This document shows, one piece after another, positions 58,587 through 64,000 of a DNA stretch of 64,000 nucleotides. Position 1 is the first letter of the stretch, and each line of letters starts with the position of its first letter. Under the pieces are notes generated by a model. That model was not told the DNA's origin, made no database searches, and saw nothing but the letters and a program-made list of their open reading frames with translations. Source of the DNA: a virus; IMG/VR virus record IMGVR_UViG_3300022752_000026, positions 1 to 64,000 of that record, one strand, 5' to 3'. Position numbers and translations under genes: made by a program.

Positions 58587-59996
58587 GTGGGACAAAGTAA
58601 GATGGAATGGCTAGCAACCCTTCCATTAGATGAGCAAGAAAAAATTCTTGCCCTCATGGACCCAGAAAAACTTCAATGGGACTGGCGTGCTTGGGGTAGA
58701 CCAGAACAAATACAACCAGATGGTGATTGGAATATTTGGGTCTATCTTGCTGGACGCGGTGCTGGAAAAACTCGCGCTGCATCTGAATGGATTCGTGAAG
58801 AAGCAAGATACACAAACACAGGGCAACGACGTTTTGCTTTAGTAGCAAGAACTGCTGCCGATGTGCGTGACGTTATTGTTGAAGGACAGTCTGGAATTAT
58901 GAATGTTTCTCCTCCCAGCGAAAAACCTTTATACGAGCCATCAAAAAGACGTTTGACATGGCCAAATGGAAATGTTGCTACCTGCTTTACAGCAGATGAA
59001 CCAGACTCTCTTCGTGGTCCTCAATTTACACACGCTTGGGGTGATGAGGTTGGCGCTTGGCGTCAAACTCCAGATGCTGCTGGTATGACCGCATTTGATA
59101 ACTTGCGTGTTGGAACTCGTCTTGGGCAAAATCCAAAAATTATGCTGACTACTACTCCTAAAAGAATTCCTCTTTTATATCAACTTATGGATGAGGCAAA
59201 AAAGCCTGAAGGAAAAGTAATTATTACTAGAGGCTCAACTATGGATAACAGAGGAAATTTGAGCCAATCATACCTTGATGCAATCATGGGTGTTTATGAG
59301 GGAACCTCTCTTGCTCGTCAAGAACTCTATGGAGAGATGATTGATAACATAGAAGGAGCCTTATGGTCTCAGGACATGATTGATGGGGCTAGAGAAAAGT
59401 TATTTCCTCAGTCAACCCCTCTTCGTGTTATTGGAGTTGACCCTTCTGTTGCTGAAAATCCACGAGATATGTGTGGAATTGTTGTCTGCGCCTCAACAGG
59501 AGAGTCAGACTTATATAAGAGACACTCTTGGGTTTTAGAAGACGCAACAATTCATGGTTCTCCAGAAGTCTGGGCAAATAAAGTTGTTGAGATGGCTCGC
59601 CGCTGGGGTTGTCCAGTTGTTGCTGAAGTAAACCAAGGTGGAGCACTTGTTCGTAGTGCAATCAACTCTATTGACCCAAACATAAAAGTTTTTGAAGTTC
59701 ACTCAAAACATGGAAAGGCTCTTCGTGCAGAACCTATTGTTCTTGCATACGAACAGCAGCGTGTTCATCATGTTGGGTATCTTGCAGAACTAGAAGACCA
59801 GATGACTTCCTGGATTCCAGGGGAAGGAAAATCTCCTGACAGAGTTGATGCTCTTGTTCACGCTATGACCGCATTGCTTATTAAGCCACCGCAGGGGTTT
59901 GTTGGAGGAAGACTAATTGCTAAGTCTCCAGCAGCAAGAAGAATTCCAGGAATTAATGGTGGAAATAGAGGAGCAAGAGTATTTCGTCCACGCTAA
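58587..59996 (+). CDS. terL: Terminase large subunit
   Basis: Walker A AGRGAGKT, LRGPQF, Walker B AWGDE, LTTTP, RQELYGE; nuclease motifs IGVDP and SPDRVDA. Confidence 0.95.
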   Translation: MGQSKMEWLATLPLDEQEKILALMDPEKLQWDWRAWGRPEQIQPDGDWNIWVYLAGRGAGKTRAASEWIREEARYTNTGQRRFALVARTAADVRDVIVEGQSGIMNVSPPSEKPLYEPSKRRLTWPNGNVATCFTADEPDSLRGPQFTHAWGDEVGAWRQTPDAAGMTAFDNLRVGTRLGQNPKIMLTTTPKRIPLLYQLMDEAKKPEGKVIITRGSTMDNRGNLSQSYLDAIMGVYEGTSLARQELYGEMIDNIEGALWSQDMIDGAREKLFPQSTPLRVIGVDPSVAENPRDMCGIVVCASTGESDLYKRHSWVLEDATIHGSPEVWANKVVEMARRWGCPVVAEVNQGGALVRSAINSIDPNIKVFEVHSKHGKALRAEPIVLAYEQQRVHHVGYLAELEDQMTSWIPGEGKSPDRVDALVHAMTALLIKPPQGFVGGRLIAKSPAARRIPGINGGNRGARVFRPR

Positions 59997-62638
59997 ATTC
60001 CATAGCGTATAGAAGCAAGTCCAAGACCAGGAATAGTTTCATTTTGAACAATTCTTGGAGGAAGCATAATTCCTTTAACTACTGCACGAGTTCCAGTTCC
60101 TTCAATATCAAGTTGCTTATCTCTAAGTTTTCTATTGAAACCCATCTGACTCAAGCCAAGTTCTCCACGACGCTGACTCCAAAGTTTATAAGTCAAATAC
60201 AAATCTGAAATAATAATTGAAGCATCTGGATTTGGCTTTGTCTCTTCTTCTAAGAATAGGCCAATTCTATCCTCTTCTTTTTGATAAATGTCTGATGCCT
60301 CTTTAACAACACTGCACCAACCTAAAGCATCCATTGAACTTGAATTCAAATATTTGATAGCGCCCTCAACTGCCCAAGCAAGAACTCCAGGCAATGCTCC
60401 TTCAGCATCAAAAATATAATCTTTTAGTCCAGGGTCTGGTTTTTCTGGAACCTGAGTAAATGGAACTGGACGGATACGACGCCACATAGCATCATCAGTA
60501 ATAATCGGTCTGTGGTTAGTTGAAATCCAAAGTTTTGCATGAGACTGAAAAGAAAATGGTTTTTCTCCAGGAGAACGTCCAGTAATTTCAGATGAACCAG
60601 TAAGACGCTTCAACGAGTTTTCTTTGATGCGTTCAGAGTCTGGCAACTCGTCAACCCACACGACGCGACGACCACGCAACTGAGCCCAGTAGTAAGCATC
60701 CTGCTGGGAGTTTCCTTTTCCATCACCTAAAGAGATAACGCTTGTATCAAATGGCCAAGAATATTGTTGAGTTCCTAGTGCTTTAACTATGGCTTCAACA
60801 AATGTATTTTTACCAGAGCCCGGTGGTCCGTAGACCATAAACATTACATCTAAGTTTTTATACCCTGTAAGAGAGTATCCAGCAGCCCTCTGTAGCCATT
60901 CTTGAAATTCAACATCTCCACCAGTGGCGTAGTCCAAAAACTGTTTCCATCTCGTGTTTGTGTGACCAGGAATGTATCCAACAGGACAGGTTCTTGTTAT
61001 GTATAAATTAGGGCTGTTCTTTATCAGTTTTCCAGTTTTTAGGTCAACCACACCATTGCGAACACCAAGTAATTCAGGGTTTTGGTCCCAATCTTCTACT
61101 TTCAAACGAATACGAGTATCTGACTGAGCCGAATCAATAGCAGAATTTATTCTGGCTACTGACTTAGAGTCATTGCCCCATCGCACAGTTTTTAGAATTT
61201 GGTCATCTTCCGTGTATTGCTTACTTTCAGAGACGATTATTGAACCTAACTTTTTAGTAAGTTCTTTAATATCAAGTTTTTCGTAATCTGGTTTCCAGTG
61301 AGAACCGTCCCAGTGGAACCACCCAAGACCTTCTGTGTAGCGAATCATTGGATTGAAAAGGTCTACTAAACGACGACCATTTCCAACGTCAGTGAGGCTT
61401 CGTTTTCCAGGAGTTCCACCATCTTCTTCATAGAGAGCATCTTGGTCAGGAGCAATATCTAAGTTTCTATTGAGAAGACTTTGTTCCATAGGAACACCAG
61501 CCTCTATAGATTCCCTAAGTCCGTTATACGCTTCTAATGGTGTCAGAGAATAGATTTCTGTTTTTGGACTAACAACTCCAGTCAATGGCTTCAAGTCCCC
61601 TGAGCCACGACTTTCTGCCTGAGATTTTTCAGCCCATGATGTTAGCGCTTGTTCCTCTTCAAAAGATGTTCCTGCTGGCCAAAACATATTTGATTTTGGA
61701 TTATCTGCTACAAAATCTATTGCTCTTCTAGTGTGCATTAGAAGACTGTTTGTTCCTTCTAGCGGCATAGGAGGATTTACTTTTTCAGCATTGAACCGAA
61801 TCATCGTGGTTTCAATTGCTGTCCTCTGCGCTTCTGTTTGGACTCCAATTTTATTAGCAAGAGATAAAGCAATCTTGTAAAGACCTACTGCTCTTTCTCC
61901 CTCAACCAAACCTTTATCAAGAAGTTTGTCAATATCAAGTCTTTCTCCGTTAAACTGAAGTTCATCAAATATGCTGTCCCAGTCTCCCGCAGCGTAACTT
62001 GTTCCCTTCTTTTTTCTGTTCTTTTTGCGTAAAAATTGAAGCAGTTCTTCTGGAGCATCTGCAATCTCAATTTGGTCAGGACGCTTCCCGTCAACCCACT
62101 CGTAGGTTGTTCCTGAATAGTGTTTTGATGGAGCAATAAGAACATAACCGTTATGCTTAATATCAACACCGCGAAGACCTACTTTTTCAAGGTTTCCAAT
62201 CAAATCTTCGCTTGGGTCACATTTGTAATAAAGATGACGCCCACGGACACTCTGTGAATTCAATGTGTATGTTCCAGTAAGAGCCTCAATTGTTGGCGGT
62301 AAATTTCCATCAACAAGTTCTTCAAACTTAGAAAATGAATCAGTTCCATCAGAACGAGGGTCAATATCAATCACTAAAAACCCACTAGGACGACATACAA
62401 CACCTACGTTGTAGTTTGGTTCTGTGTGCCACCAACGCCTAATTGTTTCTATATCTGAAGTTGCTGCTTGATTCCATGAAGTAACTGGATGCTTACCAAT
62501 ATCTTTTGGCTCAGCATGAGAACCCCTACATGTACACTTATTTCCTTCAGTAATTCCGTGACAGGGGACAATCTTCCAACCAAGATTTGCGTACCACTCG
62601 GCAGACGCCAGTAGCAAATTGTTGTTTTCCGATGTCAC
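59993..62638 (-). CDS. Bifunctional Prim-Pol primase / D5-like SF3 helicase
   Basis: N-terminal GKHP, NVGV, LVIDID, GRHLYY and GYVLIAPS; D5_N LTDVGNGRRL; Walker A GPPGSGKN, VWVDE, STNHRP and AMWRR. Confidence 0.93.
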   Translation of the reverse strand: MTSENNNLLLASAEWYANLGWKIVPCHGITEGNKCTCRGSHAEPKDIGKHPVTSWNQAATSDIETIRRWWHTEPNYNVGVVCRPSGFLVIDIDPRSDGTDSFSKFEELVDGNLPPTIEALTGTYTLNSQSVRGRHLYYKCDPSEDLIGNLEKVGLRGVDIKHNGYVLIAPSKHYSGTTYEWVDGKRPDQIEIADAPEELLQFLRKKNRKKKGTSYAAGDWDSIFDELQFNGERLDIDKLLDKGLVEGERAVGLYKIALSLANKIGVQTEAQRTAIETTMIRFNAEKVNPPMPLEGTNSLLMHTRRAIDFVADNPKSNMFWPAGTSFEEEQALTSWAEKSQAESRGSGDLKPLTGVVSPKTEIYSLTPLEAYNGLRESIEAGVPMEQSLLNRNLDIAPDQDALYEEDGGTPGKRSLTDVGNGRRLVDLFNPMIRYTEGLGWFHWDGSHWKPDYEKLDIKELTKKLGSIIVSESKQYTEDDQILKTVRWGNDSKSVARINSAIDSAQSDTRIRLKVEDWDQNPELLGVRNGVVDLKTGKLIKNSPNLYITRTCPVGYIPGHTNTRWKQFLDYATGGDVEFQEWLQRAAGYSLTGYKNLDVMFMVYGPPGSGKNTFVEAIVKALGTQQYSWPFDTSVISLGDGKGNSQQDAYYWAQLRGRRVVWVDELPDSERIKENSLKRLTGSSEITGRSPGEKPFSFQSHAKLWISTNHRPIITDDAMWRRIRPVPFTQVPEKPDPGLKDYIFDAEGALPGVLAWAVEGAIKYLNSSSMDALGWCSVVKEASDIYQKEEDRIGLFLEEETKPNPDASIIISDLYLTYKLWSQRRGELGLSQMGFNRKLRDKQLDIEGTGTRAVVKGIMLPPRIVQNETIPGLGLASIRYGI

Positions 62639-62863
62639 TATGCGTCACTCGCTTCCTCTTACTGGCCCAAAAAGACGGGACAAAGTTTTGCCTCTGGGTG
62701 TGGCTTAAGTCAATAGTGACTATACCCCTAATTTTTAATTTTTGCTGACAGACCCGCCGTAGGGGGCTAATACTAGCCAATACCTGTATAGAAAGTATGC
62801 CAAAATACTCTATAAGGCGACCCTGCCGAATACCATCGGGAATTGTATACAATGTTTTCACAA

Positions 62864-63202
62864 ATGTCGCCTTTGTCTGAACTTTTGTTCTTAGTTGGAG
62901 CAGTAACTACTTTAGTTAGTTTTGCATTGGTTATTTATAAAATTGCAAAAAGAATTGATGCTGCTATTGGGGTAGACGGAGAAGGAAGAAGCCTAAGCGA
63001 AAGAATGGAAAAAGTTGAATATCAACTTTGGCCAAACAGTGGAAAATCTTTGATGGACAGAGTTAATCGTCTAGAGGAAACAAGTAACAAAGTATCAGCA
63101 GAAATTGCTATTGTCAAAAATTTAGTAACTATTTTAGTTGACTCTCATGTCACAAACAACACTCCTAAAAAACCACGCAGTCGCAGAAAGACGTCAGAAT
63201 AG
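62864..63202 (+). CDS. Single-TM coiled-coil protein
   Basis: TM helix, then QLWPNSGKSLMDRVNRLE, resembling the PNGGxS motif of actinophage DUF2746-like proteins. Confidence 0.65.
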   Translation: MSPLSELLFLVGAVTTLVSFALVIYKIAKRIDAAIGVDGEGRSLSERMEKVEYQLWPNSGKSLMDRVNRLEETSNKVSAEIAIVKNLVTILVDSHVTNNTPKKPRSRRKTSE

Positions 63203-63306
63203 GCTAAAGCGACACGCCGAGTAGGTATCTTCCTATCGGTAAGACTTACTGTTACTCTACCGTTCACAAATCCGCCGGGGTTTGTTAGAAACGGAGCATA
63301 ACTCTT

Positions 63307-63669
63307 ATGAGTCTTGCAGAACGAATAAACAAACTAACACCAACAGGACCAGGCTTGCCATGTGGTGTTGGAAAGTTAGTGTCTCAACTTGGTGATGTTG
63401 ATAGGGAAGCACTTATTGCTCTTTTTGATGCTAGCCCATACCCTAACGGTGTGTCAAATAGATTGATTTTTAGAATTCTAGAAGAAGAGGGCTACAACAT
63501 AGCATTTGCCTCTATTAGATTACATAGGTCTAAAAATTGCAGATGCTTTATTGGAAAAAATAGTCCTTACCGCAATAACCCAGTAACGATTCCTGAAGTT
63601 CCTACAACATCAAAAAATGTCTCCATTGGGAAGAAAACAAAGTCGCGGGCGGGGGCTAAAAATAAATGA
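63307..63669 (+). CDS. Hypothetical protein (C...HR...C.C motif)
   Basis: PCGVG...ILEEEGYNI...IRLHRSKNCRC. Confidence 0.7.
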   Translation: MSLAERINKLTPTGPGLPCGVGKLVSQLGDVDREALIALFDASPYPNGVSNRLIFRILEEEGYNIAFASIRLHRSKNCRCFIGKNSPYRNNPVTIPEVPTTSKNVSIGKKTKSRAGAKNK

Positions 63670-64000
63670 AAAAAGTTGCTGAGGAGAAAGACCCTAACTC
63701 ACTCCTAAAAGCAATCCATGAAAAGTTATCTTCTCCTGGAGTCACTGGAAGCGACACAAAACAGTCTGCTCCAGCAGAAGAATGGCGACCACGAATTGAA
63801 CTTGACGAAAATGGCGGGTTTTTAGTCTCTACTCCAAGAAAAGACAACAACGCTGATTCCGAGGAAATTCTAAAAGAATTTAATTTAGACCCGAAGCAGT
63901 GGGCGGTAGTTGGAGTTAGAACAAGTAGGTGGCAAAAGCATGATGAAGACTGGCTTACTTCATACAGACTAACATTAGTCCCTAAAGCAGTAGAAACTGC
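63666..64000 (+). CDS. 5' part of a probable metallophosphoesterase/Mre11-like nuclease gene (runs off the right edge)
   Basis: MKKVAEE...FNLDPKQWAVVGVRTSRWQ...WLTSYR resembles the N-terminus of actinophage phosphoesterases. The catalytic part is not in the window. Confidence 0.5.
   Translation, partial: MKKVAEEKDPNSLLKAIHEKLSSPGVTGSDTKQSAPAEEWRPRIELDENGGFLVSTPRKDNNADSEEILKEFNLDPKQWAVVGVRTSRWQKHDEDWLTSYRLTLVPKAVET

Noticed and set aside
1-64000. Stop-codon recoding, introns/inteins, reverse transcriptase, DGR or retron
   Set aside because: Core genes (portal, RNR, TerL, primase) are uninterrupted and of normal length under the standard code, all three stops terminate genes, and I saw no RT motif or TR/VR pair.

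Overview
This window is part of a large tailed dsDNA phage genome. An Actinomycetota host is inferred from many leaderless genes (a -10 box 6-7 nt before the ATG), DUF3039, FmdB and NrdH genes, and GACAC boxes at promoters. From left to right: (i) head genes on the minus strand (portal, a portal-adjacent protein, and the 5' part of a very large protein the ORF track missed); (ii) a roughly 25 kb early/host-takeover block (about 6.2-31.8 kb) built from promoter-gene-terminator cassettes, including a lytic transglycosylase, a tyrosine-type phosphatase, a proteasome-beta-like peptidase, a MoxR ATPase/VWA pair and a DenV-like glycosylase, and ending at a probable terminase small subunit; (iii) an AT-rich origin-like gap, two glycosyltransferases, class II RNR, NrdH, SpeD, lysis genes, tRNA-Gly, two DNA methyltransferases, HNH nucleases, a serine recombinase, a 1271 aa PA14 surface protein, TerL and a primase-helicase. 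The most unusual signals are at the DNA level in the early block: about 26 transcription-oriented copies of AAAAAGTAAAA, a strongly strand-biased excess of CCGCA, near absence of TTAA, and motifs shared by both ends of the block. Also notable are four paralogous double-HTH proteins, three unannotated ADFWN peptides, a four-copy dispersed repeat of about 70 bp and several candidate structured RNAs. All counts were made by eye and family assignments are from motif recognition, not database searches.
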